From assembly GCA_965206695.1 (NCBI GenBank), contig CBDBKM010000001.1, positions 1-64,000 on the forward strand: a stretch of 64,000 nt of DNA. The letters are read 5' to 3'. This DNA comes from Chlamydiales bacterium. GTDB lineage: Bacteria > Chlamydiota > Chlamydiia > Chlamydiales > JAAZZY01. The notes below the pieces were generated by a model. That model was not told the DNA's origin. It saw only the letters and a list, made by a program, of their open reading frames with translations, and searched no databases. This document shows, one piece after another, positions 41,779-53,626 of the stretch. The stretch's first letter is position 1. Every line of letters starts with the position of its first letter. The translations under genes and the position numbers were made by a program.

Positions 41779-42690
41779 TTATGATTCATTTGGTTGGTGT
41801 TTTAAATAGAGGCGTTTTTTTCTTAGATGTTTCAACGCTCTAAGTAAAAATAAAAATGGTAGTTGCCGCCACTTGAATGGATGCCGAACGATATAACGTT
41901 TAGCATAATCTAAATTTAAGATGGGATCTGCATAGAAAAAAAGTTTTCTGATATCAGAGTATTTCTGTTCGTTTATCAAGTGAAATACTGTTTTTAATAC
42001 CATCTTCTGTTTTTTATAAGTTCTTTTTGCACTATACGAATCATGACTAATTCTAAGATGCGCTAAATGTTTTGGAATATATGTTAGCCCATAACGTAAG
42101 GCAATAAAGATGCTAAGAAAGTAATCAGAATGCCATTCTAATTCAAGCATATACTGACCACATTCTATTATTTTATCACGTTGAAAAAAAGATGAGTGTC
42201 CGGGTATCCAAAATAAGTTCTCTCTCATTAAAGTAGCCACTTTCTTTGGAGATAAAAATTGATCTGTACGATCTTCAATAAGAGGCGTGTGAAATGCGTC
42301 ATTGGATTCATCTGTAAAAAAAGAAGGATCGGAAGTTACGATAGCTGATCGAGGAAATTTTAATATTCCTTTAAGCATTATCTCGCAGTAATTTGGGCTC
42401 CATTTATCATCGGAAGCGATAAAGGCCAGGTATTTTCCTTGCGCTACTGTTATTCCAAAGTTTACTTGCTTAACTGTTCCGCTATTTACCTTTTTTTCAT
42501 ATAAATGAATGAAAGAGTACTTCTCGGAATAGGATTTAATAATTTCAATACTCTTATCAGTGGAAGCATCATCGATAATAAGCAGTTCATATGGTACTTC
42601 AGATTGGTTAACGATAGAATCAATAGCTTCTTGAATATAATGTGCGTAATTATAATTAGGCATAATAACGGAAAGAGTAGGGTATTTCAT
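41779..42690 (-). CDS. Glycosyltransferase family 2
   Basis: SVIMPNYN, IIDDASTD, FIASDD. Confidence 0.9.
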   Translation of the reverse strand: MKYPTLSVIMPNYNYAHYIQEAIDSIVNQSEVPYELLIIDDASTDKSIEIIKSYSEKYSFIHLYEKKVNSGTVKQVNFGITVAQGKYLAFIASDDKWSPNYCEIMLKGILKFPRSAIVTSDPSFFTDESNDAFHTPLIEDRTDQFLSPKKVATLMRENLFWIPGHSSFFQRDKIIECGQYMLELEWHSDYFLSIFIALRYGLTYIPKHLAHLRISHDSYSAKRTYKKQKMVLKTVFHLINEQKYSDIRKLFFYADPILNLDYAKRYIVRHPFKWRQLPFLFLLRALKHLRKKRLYLKHQPNES

Positions 42691-42758
42691 TTTTCTGAGA
42701 TAAATTTAGTTATATTTTTTTTATTAGAGCGCTTAACAACATAAAAGATTAAAACGGA

Positions 42759-43823
42759 TTAAATCCATTTCTTTTTCCTAAAGAAAAATAACATGCCGCA
42801 AATAATGAAAAACATAACAATTAGTGCTCCCGGATAACCAAAACGCCAGGTTAAATCAGGCATATCTCTAAAATTCATTCCCCATACACCCGTTAAAAAT
42901 GTTAAAGGAGCAAAAATAGTCGCAAAGATAGCTAAGGTTTTCATGATATCATTTGTTTTTTGACTGGCATTAGATAAGTGCAAGTCGATAATACTTGAAA
43001 TCAAGTCACGAAATGTTTCAATAGAGTCAATAACTTGTATGGTGTGGTCATAAAGATCTCTTAAATAATGAGAGATCTCTCCGGATAACAGATTATTTGT
43101 ATCTCGTTGTAATCGACTAATAACTTCTCTTAAGGGCCAAACATATTTTCTCATAACGATCATTTCTCTCTTGAGATGGTAGACTTTAGATAAACCCTTC
43201 TGAGTTGGATCGTTTAAAATTGTAATTTCCTGATCTTCAACACTTTCTCCCATATTTTCTAATACTAAAAAGTAGTTATCTACAATTATATCAATTAAGG
43301 TATAGACTAAGTAATCACTCCCCCACCCTTGACGACGTATTCGACCGGTTCTCAGACGTTCCCTTACTAAGAGGGAAAGATTACTACGTTTCTCTTGGAA
43401 AGAAATCACATAATTTTCACCTAAAATAATACTAACCTGAGAATTTTCTAGCCTGGCTGTTTGCTTGTTATATCTTAATTCTCTGACTACCAGGTATATA
43501 AAGTCATCATAATCATCTACTTTCGGTCGCTGTTCAGTTCGAATATCTTCTAAAACTAAAGAGTGGATTCCAAAGTATTTACCTAGAGGCTCTAAGATTT
43601 CCGGAAGAGAGGGGCCAACAATATTAATCCAGGTGCTATTCGCTGATTCTTTATAAGGAAAGGATTCTGCGATGGTATCTAATTTTTTTTCTTCAAAGAG
43701 ATCTTCATTGTAGTTAATGGCATGGATAGATACTTCGTGTTGCTTCTCCTCTTCAGTATGTGTTTCTGCCTGAGGAAATAAGATATCTTGAGGGGTTAGT
43801 TTCTTAAAAAAATTCTTAGACAT
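42759..43823 (-). CDS. corA: Mg/Co transporter CorA
   Basis: QRPKVDDY, GVWGMNF, MPDL. Confidence 0.95.
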   Translation of the reverse strand: MSKNFFKKLTPQDILFPQAETHTEEEKQHEVSIHAINYNEDLFEEKKLDTIAESFPYKESANSTWINIVGPSLPEILEPLGKYFGIHSLVLEDIRTEQRPKVDDYDDFIYLVVRELRYNKQTARLENSQVSIILGENYVISFQEKRSNLSLLVRERLRTGRIRRQGWGSDYLVYTLIDIIVDNYFLVLENMGESVEDQEITILNDPTQKGLSKVYHLKREMIVMRKYVWPLREVISRLQRDTNNLLSGEISHYLRDLYDHTIQVIDSIETFRDLISSIIDLHLSNASQKTNDIMKTLAIFATIFAPLTFLTGVWGMNFRDMPDLTWRFGYPGALIVMFFIICGMLFFFRKKKWI

Positions 43824-43974
43824 ACGACCTTTCCATATTCTATCCCCTTATCTCGTATATAGAAAGAAGAAGAATATCTGTCAATAGGTCTATAAATATA
43901 AAGGGGTTAATTCATTCGAAAGATATAAAGACACCGTCTGTCCGACTTGATTGCACCCGGCAAACAGATTGCAG

Positions 43975-45312
43975 TTAGGCATCGATGTTCTTGCGGACCA
44001 TATCGATCTGACGCATAAGGATTTCATCACATCTCATCTTTTTTTCGATATTTTTGCACGCATGGAGAATAGTAGAATGCGTTTTACCAAAAGATGCGCC
44101 AATCATCATTAATGATTCGCTAACCATTTCCTTGGCGAGATACATAGCAACTTGCCTGGGAAAGGCGATGTCTTTTTTGCGAGCGGAGCTTTTTAAATCA
44201 CTGACACGGACTTGAAAAACAGCAGCAACACTTTTAAGAATGTGTTCAACAACAACTTTTTTATGGGGAGCTTGACGAAGCATTTCACCTAAGGATTCTT
44301 CAACAACACCTTCTGATATATCAGTATTCAAAATTCGGCAATAGGCGCTTAGTCTGTTTATAGCCCCTTCAAGCTGTCTGACATTGTTACGGATCCTCTC
44401 AGCCATAAAAAAAGCTGTTTTCTGAGGAATATGCATGCCTTTTTGTTCCGCTTTATATTGTAAAATAGCAACACGTGTTTCTAAGTCAGGAATACCCAAT
44501 TGAGCCACAAGCCCCCATTCCATACGAGCGACTAGTCGCTCAGATAACTTTAGTTGGTTGGGAGGTTTATCACAGGCAATAACAATTTGCTTATTTTGAT
44601 TAATGAGGCATTCAAACGTATTACAAAATTCATCTTCGAAATTTAAACGGTTTTGAAGGAATTGAATATCATCGACTATTAAAATGTCTAGTTGACGATA
44701 GAAGCGCTTCATTTGAGCAATTGATTTATTTCTAAGGTTATCGACTAGATCATTGATAAATGCTTCCGTTGTAATGCACTGTATACGCAAATTTTTATGA
44801 TTTTGTCTTATATGGTGAGCAATAGCGTGTAATAAATGTGTTTTTCCTAAACCTACTTTTCCATGGATGAAAAGGGGATTATAGGAAGCCGCCGGCCGAT
44901 TAGCTATACCCATTGCAGCAGATTTTACAAATTGGTTGGATGGACCTTCTATAAAATTTTCAAATTTATAGAGTTGATTTAATTTTAATTCTCCGTTTTC
45001 TAAATTAGGATCCGGTAAAGAAGGTTGAGTGGGAGATGATTCAATAGGTTTACTTTGAGTGGCAATACTAAAGGATACCGCAAGTTGTCCGTCAGGTGTT
45101 AAAGGTAGAAAAGCACATAAATCTTTCTTATAATTTTCAAGAAGATACTCTTTTACGAAAACGTTAGGAACTTCTAACAGAAGCTTTTCAGATGAAGATT
45201 CTAATACACGTATAGGTGATAACCAGTTTTCAAAAGCAGTAGCAGAGCACCGCTCTTCTGCGTATTGAAGAAATTGTTCCCAAACTTCACACCTTTCGTT
45301 ACATATGAGCAT
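43975..45312 (-). CDS. dnaA: Chromosomal replication initiator DnaA
   Basis: [37 protein letters not shown]. Confidence 0.97.
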   Translation of the reverse strand: MLICNERCEVWEQFLQYAEERCSATAFENWLSPIRVLESSSEKLLLEVPNVFVKEYLLENYKKDLCAFLPLTPDGQLAVSFSIATQSKPIESSPTQPSLPDPNLENGELKLNQLYKFENFIEGPSNQFVKSAAMGIANRPAASYNPLFIHGKVGLGKTHLLHAIAHHIRQNHKNLRIQCITTEAFINDLVDNLRNKSIAQMKRFYRQLDILIVDDIQFLQNRLNFEDEFCNTFECLINQNKQIVIACDKPPNQLKLSERLVARMEWGLVAQLGIPDLETRVAILQYKAEQKGMHIPQKTAFFMAERIRNNVRQLEGAINRLSAYCRILNTDISEGVVEESLGEMLRQAPHKKVVVEHILKSVAAVFQVRVSDLKSSARKKDIAFPRQVAMYLAKEMVSESLMMIGASFGKTHSTILHACKNIEKKMRCDEILMRQIDMVRKNIDA

Positions 45313-45364
45313 ATTTTCTAATCCTTTTGCTTGCTTTTCAATTCTCTTTTGTCTTGTCGTTAAG

Positions 45365-45399
45365 TTATTAACAATGTTTCCACAAGTTGCTGTGGAGCA
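45365..45399. promoter_or_regulatory. Imperfect DnaA-box-like motifs upstream of dnaA
   Basis: TTATTAACA, GTTTCCACA and inverted TGTGGAGCA. Confidence 0.4.
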
Positions 45400-45803
45400 A
45401 TTTTATGCGCGCAATGTAACATTACATTTTCTTGCCTGCAAGAAATTTATAAACAAAAAAAAACAAAATCTACTAAATCCTTAAGCCTTAAAATTGAGAC
45501 GACAAAAAAAACAAAATCAACCCATATGAATATTTCCAAAAAACATTATAAAGCATTATTTATCAGTTTGTTATTGAAATTTAACTCTAAAAGTCTTTAG
45601 TTTTTAAGGTATTAGAACAAAACCGGGGGACTGTTTTTTGCTTATTCCGATCGAAATAGTGGAAGAAATTATCTTTTGATAAGTAGATTTAGTATCCGAT
45701 TTTTTGGGTGCAAAAAAAGATAAGCTAGTTAATATTTAAAAATAAAGAGGGTTTCTCTTTACTTTGGCCTAATGAGTATTATTAAAAGGAGTATTATAGC
45801 GCG

Positions 45804-46247
45804 ATGCCGACGATTGATGATATTGGACTAGATGAATATAGTCGATACGCACGAGAAAGTAAAGCCTATGAAGATTTTGTTGATGAATATGGGGTAGCGT
45901 CGATTTCTGACTCTAGAATTGTTCCTATTCACCTTCAAGTATTGGATGAAATTGTTAAGCCTGAAGCGACCGAAGTTATCTTTGGAAGCACTAAAATATC
46001 CTGGGCTCATTTTCCTAAAAAAGAAATTCAGCGCACCTTTCACTTTGATATATCGAATTCCATTGAAAAGGATGAAGCTGATTTAAAAAAAATCAAAACA
46101 ATAGACTGTTCTTCTAAAGATACACGCGAAGAAATGCGTTTATTAAATGAGAAAAATAAGATCTTAGCATTATGTCAAAAGCAAACTCAATTGCGTAAGG
46201 ATTATGAGTTTGTTATTTCAAGAATTCACCAATTCATTCAGGGGTAA
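45804..46247 (+). CDS. Chlamydial conserved protein (CT273-like, DUF5399)
   Basis: C-terminal VISRIHQFIQG; synteny with dnaA and the TPR gene. Confidence 0.7.
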   Translation: MPTIDDIGLDEYSRYARESKAYEDFVDEYGVASISDSRIVPIHLQVLDEIVKPEATEVIFGSTKISWAHFPKKEIQRTFHFDISNSIEKDEADLKKIKTIDCSSKDTREEMRLLNEKNKILALCQKQTQLRKDYEFVISRIHQFIQG

Positions 46248-46249
46248 TT

Positions 46250-46648
46250 ATGGCAAAGATTAATTGGTTGGATATTCTAGGTTGGAACTCCAACAAAATT
46301 GAAGGTTTAAGAATGACAGCGGTGGCTTATATGTCACAAGGGCATTATGAAATTGCCCAAACTTATTTAGAGGCGATTGTTATTTTAGATCCGGGTAATA
46401 TTTTTGATCTAAAAGCTTTAGGCGCTATTAGTCTTCAAACCAATGATCCTATTAAGGCTTTGGCCTATTTAGAAGAAGTATTACAAATAGAACCTCATGA
46501 TGAGCTTTCCCTTATCAATCGAGTCAAAGCATTATTCATGTTAGGATATAGAGAAGAAGGCTTGAGGCTAGCCCGTTCTTTATTAACTATTGGTAAAAAT
46601 AAAGAGATTGGAAACGATGCTGAAGCTTTAGTCTTAGCATACGGATAA
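46250..46648 (+). CDS. TPR protein, CT274-like (type III secretion chaperone-like)
   Basis: WLDILGW, QGHYE, EAIVILDP, DAEALVLAY. Confidence 0.75.
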   Translation: MAKINWLDILGWNSNKIEGLRMTAVAYMSQGHYEIAQTYLEAIVILDPGNIFDLKALGAISLQTNDPIKALAYLEEVLQIEPHDELSLINRVKALFMLGYREEGLRLARSLLTIGKNKEIGNDAEALVLAYG

Positions 46649-46665
46649 TCAAAGAGGGGGCTTCT

Positions 46666-47892
46666 CTATTTTCTTTTTGGTTGTAGCTTTTTCTTTTGAA
46701 TTATTTTCGTTTTTTTAGGGGCTGTTTCTTTAAACATTAAAGCTTTTTTAAGGCTTTCACAGACTTTATCGACATCTTTTTCAGTCAAGTCAAAATAGAG
46801 GGGTAGACTTAACGCTTCGGAATAAAAGGTCTCCATATTGGGAAACAGATCTTTATCTATATTTTTTTTCTGAATAAAGTAGGGGTGGTGATAAAGGGGA
46901 ATAAAATGAACTTGAGTGCCAATACCGAATTCTTTTAATTTATTCATAACGATACCCCGAGTGGTACTATAGGATGAAAAATTGATCCTAATTACAAAAA
47001 GATTATGAGCTGATAATCGGTCATGATTATGAGGGGTTAGGGAAACATCTCGCATTCTGGAGAGTTTACGGCGATAGAGTTTTACAAGCTCTTTTCTTTT
47101 CTGTATAAATTGATCTAATCGCTTGAGTTGTTCTAATCCCAAAGCAGCTTGAAAATCTGTGAAATGATAGTTACATGATACCTCATGTACAGAATATGAC
47201 CATGGTTGATGATCTTGATCGTTTATATCTCTGATTATCCCATTATTACGAATTCGAAGCAGCCTATTATATAAATGTGGGTTATTTGTTGTTACTAATC
47301 CACCTTCACCTGTGGCAATGGACTTTGCCGGATGAAAACTAAATATTGTCATATCGCTATAGCAACAAGAACCTACTTTTTTTCCATTTGTATAACTAGC
47401 TCCAAGAGCTTGGGAAGCGTCTTCAATAACAACAGTATCGACTTGTTTAATATTTTGATCAATAATTTCCATCTTCACCGGAAGACCGGAATAATGGACA
47501 GGAATAATAATATTCCTTCCACGAGAAGATTTGGTGTCCATTTGAGCTTTTAATTGATCTAAATCGATATTCCCTGTTTGAGGATTAATATCTATGAAAC
47601 GAAGTAAAGAGTCATGGTGCAGTGCTCCGGAAATAGAACTAATAAAGGTATTTGGGGTTGAAAAGACATGATCAAAACGATTCATTTCCACTGCTTGGCA
47701 GCCGGCTATAAGGGCGCTGGAGCCGCTATTGAAAACAACGCTATACGCAGCGCCACAATATTTTGCTATGGCATCTTCAAAAGCATTTACAGTGGGTCCA
47801 CGGGTAATGAAGTTTCCTTTCAAAGCTTGGGCTACAGCTTGTATATCATCTTCATTAATAGATTGATGTGTATAGGGAATAAAAGGTTCCAT
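46666..47892 (-). CDS. DegT/DnrJ sugar aminotransferase (PseC-like)
   Basis: IEDASQALG, SFHPAKSIATGEGG, LSLPLY. Confidence 0.88.
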   Translation of the reverse strand: MEPFIPYTHQSINEDDIQAVAQALKGNFITRGPTVNAFEDAIAKYCGAAYSVVFNSGSSALIAGCQAVEMNRFDHVFSTPNTFISSISGALHHDSLLRFIDINPQTGNIDLDQLKAQMDTKSSRGRNIIIPVHYSGLPVKMEIIDQNIKQVDTVVIEDASQALGASYTNGKKVGSCCYSDMTIFSFHPAKSIATGEGGLVTTNNPHLYNRLLRIRNNGIIRDINDQDHQPWSYSVHEVSCNYHFTDFQAALGLEQLKRLDQFIQKRKELVKLYRRKLSRMRDVSLTPHNHDRLSAHNLFVIRINFSSYSTTRGIVMNKLKEFGIGTQVHFIPLYHHPYFIQKKNIDKDLFPNMETFYSEALSLPLYFDLTEKDVDKVCESLKKALMFKETAPKKTKIIQKKKLQPKRK

Positions 47893-48109
47893 GTAATAAA
47901 CACTCCTTATTGTATGAAGGATTTCCGAGAATATTCAAGTTCAAGATAGTGTATCATGAAAATGATATTGAGTCTATTTCCCACTAATTTCCACAAGAGC
48001 TGAATTCAATAAACGATATCCTTCATCAGTTATTTTCAATAAGTTACTTCAAAAATGATATAAAATGACTTAAAAAAAAGATAAAATGATTGATCCGGAG
48101 AGAAGGTAT

Positions 48110-48133
48110 GTGGTATACGGTGGTATTTAGTGG
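48110..48133 (+). promoter_or_regulatory. MraZ operator: GTGG x3 with 10-bp period
   Basis: GTGG at 48110, 48120 and 48130, directly upstream of mraZ. Confidence 0.75.
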
Positions 48134-48142
48134 GAATATGAT

Positions 48143-48682
48143 ATGGGTAAATTTTTTTTCAGTGGATCACATTCAACCCGTCTAGATGACAAAAACCGTT
48201 TTGTCCTGCCTCAAAATATGCGTTATGGACTTATAGAAAATGGGTCCTTAGAATTTTCAATGGGTCTCAGCTTGGGTGGTTGTTTAGCTATTTATCGGCA
48301 AAGTGACATTGAGAAAATAGTAACCGGTTTTCAAATGAAGCAGCACGTTGCTAAATATCAGAAGTTTTTTACTGTGTTCTTTTCAACCTTATTCCATACA
48401 GAGTGCGACAAAGTCGGGCGTGTTAATATCCCGAATCATCTTAAAAAGATTATAAATATTGAGCAGGAAGTTGTCATTGCAGGGGTTTTAAATAAAATTG
48501 AAATCTGGCCAACTGATGTTTATCAGGCAACGATACGTTCTATTCTGGAAGACACCGATTCCCATGAGGATTTAGCGAAAATTACAGAAGAGGCTTTTGC
48601 TCTTGTTGAAGAAGATCAGCAAAAGGATAAGGAAACATGCAAGAGCCCGAAGACAGAGAACATCATATCCCTGTCCTCTTAG
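48143..48682 (+). CDS. mraZ: Transcriptional regulator MraZ
   Basis: LDDKNRFVLP, DKVGRVNIP, KIEIW. Confidence 0.93.
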   Translation: MGKFFFSGSHSTRLDDKNRFVLPQNMRYGLIENGSLEFSMGLSLGGCLAIYRQSDIEKIVTGFQMKQHVAKYQKFFTVFFSTLFHTECDKVGRVNIPNHLKKIINIEQEVVIAGVLNKIEIWPTDVYQATIRSILEDTDSHEDLAKITEEAFALVEEDQQKDKETCKSPKTENIISLSS

Positions 48683-49579
48683 AAGAGTTTCTGTCGTTTT
48701 TTATAAATAAAGAATTAGAGATTTTTATAGATGGTACTTTAGGAGCAGGAGGGCATACGGCAGCGTTATTACAGGCTCATCCTGAGTTAAAAAAAGTGAT
48801 TGGTTTTGATCAAGATCCTTACGCTTTATCCATAGCGAAGGAAAGATTGAGTGTTTATGGAAGTCGGTTTTTAGCGATCAACCGAAACTTTAAATTTCTA
48901 AAAGAAGAGCTTGAGAAGCAAAATATTGATGGGGTGGACGGAATTTTTTTAGATATCGGCTTGTCTTCAATGCAACTGGATAGAGGAGAAAGGGGCTTTA
49001 GTTTTATGAAGGAAGGTCCTCTTGATATGCGCATGAATCCTGAACAAGATCTGACAGCAAAAAAAGTTCTTAATCAATATTCAGAAAAAGAACTGGGCTA
49101 CATTTTCAAAGAATATGGTGAGATTCCTAAATGGAGAGTAGTAGCTAAAGCGGTAGTAGATGGTAGAAAAAAAAAAATCGATTGCAACCATTAGTGCTTT
49201 GAACGACATCTTGATGCCTATTATAGGAAAAGCAAGGAAGCGTATTCATCCTTTGACATTAGTTTTTCAGGCTCTTCGGATCTGTGTTAACGATGAATTA
49301 AACGTTTTGAAAGAGGTGATACCTCAAGCCATTGATTTATTGAGAAGTGGGGGGAGATTAGGGATCATTACTTTTCATAGTTTAGAAGACCGGATTGTAA
49401 AAAATCAATTTAAGGAAGCAGCGGGCAAACCTGTACCGGATATGGATATATTGAGAGAAAAAAAAGCCGTACAGATTATTCGCTTACTAACGAAGAAACC
49501 GATCGTTGCAGATAAGAAAGAAACGAAAAAAAATGCAAGGGCTCGCAGTGCAAAATTAAGATTTATAGAAAAAATCTAA
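48637..49579 (+). CDS. rsmH: 16S rRNA methyltransferase RsmH, split by +1 in an A11 run (49167-49177)
   Basis: HIPVL, DGTLGAGGH, GPLDMRM / FQALRICVN, TFHSLEDR, RSAKLR. Confidence 0.9.
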
Positions 49580-49617
49580 AGATTTTTAAGCTGTTAGCCT
49601 AATTTAAGGGTGAGTAG

Positions 49618-50004
49618 ATGCATCTACCTCAAGTAATACGAATTTTTTTAGCTATTAGTTTTTTAGGTTTAGGACTTTATTCCTATATTGATAAATTAAA
49701 TGCTTTAACAGAGTGCCGAATTCAAATCCCTGATTTGGTAACAGACCTTGCCCGATTAGATGAAGAGAATACATCTTTGCAATATCAAATTGATGAATTT
49801 GAAAATCCGATGCATTTATTGAAATTAGCAAGAGAATCGGAATTTAGCCATCTGAAATATCCCCTAATAAAAGAGGTTATGTCTTTGCCGGAGGGGATCG
49901 CACTAAGGGTAGATTCTTCACCGGATTGCGTTAACGAAGTAAACTCTTTAACAAGTTCATCTTATGAATTTGGATGGCCGATTAAGCTTGGAGCCGGGAA
50001 ATAG
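49618..50004 (+). CDS. ftsL: Cell division protein FtsL-like
   Basis: TM plus coiled coil; lies between rsmH and ftsI. Confidence 0.7.
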   Translation: MHLPQVIRIFLAISFLGLGLYSYIDKLNALTECRIQIPDLVTDLARLDEENTSLQYQIDEFENPMHLLKLARESEFSHLKYPLIKEVMSLPEGIALRVDSSPDCVNEVNSLTSSSYEFGWPIKLGAGK

Positions 50005-52038
50005 TGAAGAAAAAGCATCGATCATCTGATCTTTTAACCAAGCGCAGGCGTATTCTATTAGTCGCTTTTGGCATGTTTGGGCTCTTTTCTCTTCTAACCA
50101 TCCAATTCTATAAAATTCAAATTATTGAAGAAGAAAAGTGGCTTAAGCAAGCAAAATCACAGCATCAGTTTCACATTACCGAAACATTCAGAAGGGGCGC
50201 TTTTTTTTCTAATACGGCTATAAGAAATGGGCACCCTGAACAAAAACACCCCTTTGTAATCGATGTACAAAAATTTCATTTATATATCGATCCATTTTCA
50301 ATTTCTTTTCATTTTCGAGATGAGATTGCCATGAATCTATTGGGATTAATTGATGTACCACAAGAAGATCATTTTGATTTTCGAGAACAATTTAATAAGA
50401 ATAAAAGTCGTAGTCGTAAATTAGCTATGTGGTTAGATAAAAATCAACATGATCAGATTATGAAATGGTGGCGCCCTTATGCTAAAATGCGAAAAATTCC
50501 TTCTAATGCCGTATACTTAGTAAGTGATTATAAGCGATCATATCCTTTTGGTAATCTGTTAGGACAAGTGTTACATACGATTAGAGATAATAAAGACGAA
50601 CTTACGAAACAGGGAATACCAACAGGGGGGATGGAGCTGGAATTTAATGACTTCTTAAAGGGAAGTTTAGGTAAAAAGCGTTTGACTCGTTCTCCCTATC
50701 ATTTATTTGATGATGGAACAATAATCGAGGCGCCACAGAACGGGGCTGATGTCTATTTAACGATCAATCATCATCTTCAAGCTATAGCCGAGGAGGAATT
50801 GGCTAAAGGGGTAGAAATGGCTCAAGCCAAGGGAGGCTGGGTGATGATGATGAACCCAAAAACCGGCGAAATTTTAGCTCTAGCTCAATATCCTTTTTTT
50901 TTCCGCGACCTGTTATCGAGACTACTTTAATGATTTGGCTCTTTTAGAACATACTCGTGTAAAAGGGATTTGTGATTCTTATGAACCCGGATCTATCGTT
51001 AAGCCTTTAACATTGGCGATTTGTCTTAAAGCAAATAGAGAATTAGAGAGACAAGGTAAGCCTCCTCTTTTTGACCCTAAAGAAAAGGTTGGCACACAAT
51101 CAGGTCGCTTCCCCGGCAGAAGGGATCTAAAGGATCCTAGGGGACATAAGTATTTAAATATGTATATGGCTCTTCAGAAGTCATCAAATGTTTATTTTGC
51201 TCGGATTGTAGATAGAGTTATTCAAAAGTTAGGAAATGAATGGTATAAAGAGCAGTTGGAAAAAACATTCAAACTAGGGGTTAAGACTGGTATTGAATTT
51301 CCTGCTGAGGCTGCAGGAGTGTTGCCTGAACCGGGAAGGATTCATCCAAATGGAACCTTGGAATGGTCGATTCCGACTCCTTATTCTTTAGCTATGGGGC
51401 ATAACTTATTAGTTACGAGCCTTCAAATGTTAAGAAGTTATGCTGTTTTTGCTAATGGAGGTTATTTGGTTCAACCAACCTTAATACGAAAAATTATTAA
51501 GATGGATGATGAAGGAAGTAATCACATTTTATTAGATAATGCGAAACCTGATAGACAAATAGGGTTCCCTCAAGTTTTAGACTCATCTATTATTGATGAG
51601 GTGGTAACGGCTTTAAAATATGTGACTAAGCCCGGGGGATCAGGGCATAAAGCTGAAGTGTATGGTTACTCTATAGCAGGGAAGACCGGATCGGCCAATA
51701 AAATAGTTGAAGGGGCCTATTCCAAAAAGAAGTACCTGCCCTCTTTTGTTGGGTTTATTCCGGTAAATAATCCCTTATTTGTTATGTTAGTTGTTATTGA
51801 TGAACCTAATCCTAACTTTATCCCCGGTGTTGGAACAATGTATTGGGGAGGTCAAAGTGCTGCTCCTGTTTTTCGAGAAATAGCAAGGCGTTCTTTGCAA
51901 TATATGGGGGCAGAGCCGGATAATCCTTATGGTTTTCCAAGAGGAGATCCTAGATATGATCCTAATAAGGCTTTTTGGGGAAAAGAGATAAAAGAGATGG
52001 CTGAATTATATAAACAATGGAATGAAGATTCAAAATGA
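50004..52038 (+). CDS. ftsI: Penicillin-binding protein FtsI/PBP3, split by +1 in a T9 run (50894-50902)
   Basis: RSYPFG, LTINHHLQ, GEILALA / YEPGSIVK, KSSNV, AGKTGS. Confidence 0.9.
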
Positions 52039-53519
52039 AACTAAAACGATTATTTAAGAACATTCCCTTAAAAGGGATCAAAGGATCCAAAGAAATAGAT
52101 ATTACGGGAATATCCTCTCATTCCAAACTAGTGGCTCCCGGCTATCTATTTATTGCTAGAAAAGGATTTCAAGATAATGGTGATAATTATATTAGTGAAG
52201 CAATAAGAGGAGGAGCTAAAGCTATTCTAACGGATATGTACAATCCTTTTTATAAGGGAATTGTTCAACTTATCCATTCCGATCCGGGATCCATAGAAGG
52301 GCAAGTGGCGCTTGAATTTTTTCAAAATCCCAGCCGACATCTCTCAGTCATAGGTATTACAGGAACGAATGGGAAAACAACCACATCGTACCTCGTTTAT
52401 CATTTATTAAATAAGGCTCAAATTGCTACCGGTTTGATTGGAACAATTGAATATGTTTTAGGTCATGTGAAGATCGCGGCTTCAAGAACGACACCGGATG
52501 TTATTTCTAATCATAAAATGATTAGCGAAATGGTAGCAAAAAAATGCAGGGCTTGTGTCATGGAAGTAACATCACACGGTCTTATTCAAAATAGAGTCTA
52601 TGGGATTGATTTTGATATAGCCGTTTTTACTAATTTGACTCAGGATCATTTAGATTATCACCAAGATTTGGATAGTTATTGCGGAGCTAAAGCAAAATTA
52701 TTTTCTGCGTTAGATCAAACCAAGAATCAAAAAGAAAAATGTGCCATTATTAATATTGATTGCCCTAGGCATTCTCAGATCATCAAAGATATAAAAACAC
52801 CTATTTTAACCTATGCGATCGATCAAAAAGCAGATTTACAAGCCCATGATATCGAATTGTTTTCAACAGGCTCCACATTTAAAATCTTCTGTCAAAATCA
52901 AGAAGTGACATGTTCAATTTCTTTAATCGGGCGTTTTAATATTTACAATTGTTTAGCTGCCGTTGCCGTTGGGTTAAAACATAAGATTCCATTAGAAGAG
53001 ATTGTGCAGATACTGAGTACCTTTAAAACAGTTTCCGGAAGGCTAGAGTTAGTAACCAATCATAAAGGGATTAAAGTTTATGTAGATTATGCTCATACAG
53101 ATGATGCTTTAAAAAATGTTTTAACAGCTTTAAGAGAGATTAAAGAAAATAAGATCATTACGGTTTTTGGTTGTGGCGGGGATCGTGATCAATTGAAACG
53201 CCCCAAAATGGGGTTAGTAGCAAATGAGCTATCTGATTTCACTATTATTACTTCTGATAACCCAAGAAGCGAAGACCCCCTATTAATTTGTCAGGAAATT
53301 GCTAAGGCATTTAATAATACATCTAATTTTTTTATCGAAACGGATAGAAAAAAGGCGATAGCTTATGCACTAAAAATGGCTGAACCGAATGATATTATCC
53401 TTATTGCCGGAAAAGGTCATGAAACCTACCAGTTATTTGCTCATCAGATGTTAGATTTTGATGATCGTAAAGTTGTTCAGGAGTTGTGTTCTGAAAATAG
53501 TCAAGCTGTATTACTTTAA
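52035..53519 (+). CDS. murE: UDP-MurNAc-tripeptide synthetase MurE
   Basis: GITGTNGKTT, TNLTQDHLDYH, VDYAHT, DNPR, AGKGHE. Confidence 0.97.
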   Translation: MKLKRLFKNIPLKGIKGSKEIDITGISSHSKLVAPGYLFIARKGFQDNGDNYISEAIRGGAKAILTDMYNPFYKGIVQLIHSDPGSIEGQVALEFFQNPSRHLSVIGITGTNGKTTTSYLVYHLLNKAQIATGLIGTIEYVLGHVKIAASRTTPDVISNHKMISEMVAKKCRACVMEVTSHGLIQNRVYGIDFDIAVFTNLTQDHLDYHQDLDSYCGAKAKLFSALDQTKNQKEKCAIINIDCPRHSQIIKDIKTPILTYAIDQKADLQAHDIELFSTGSTFKIFCQNQEVTCSISLIGRFNIYNCLAAVAVGLKHKIPLEEIVQILSTFKTVSGRLELVTNHKGIKVYVDYAHTDDALKNVLTALREIKENKIITVFGCGGDRDQLKRPKMGLVANELSDFTIITSDNPRSEDPLLICQEIAKAFNNTSNFFIETDRKKAIAYALKMAEPNDIILIAGKGHETYQLFAHQMLDFDDRKVVQELCSENSQAVLL

Positions 53520-53626
53520 TTACTATGGCTTGGGTAGAAAGGCTTTAGGTTAAATAAGGCTTACTTGACAAATCTCTATAAAACAATTAACTTGATGATT
53601 TAGATCAAAGCAAAAAATATAGATTA

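Noticed and set aside
45313..45803. oriC next to dnaA
   Set aside because: Only a few imperfect boxes; skew cannot be computed here; characterised chlamydial origins are not adjacent to dnaA.
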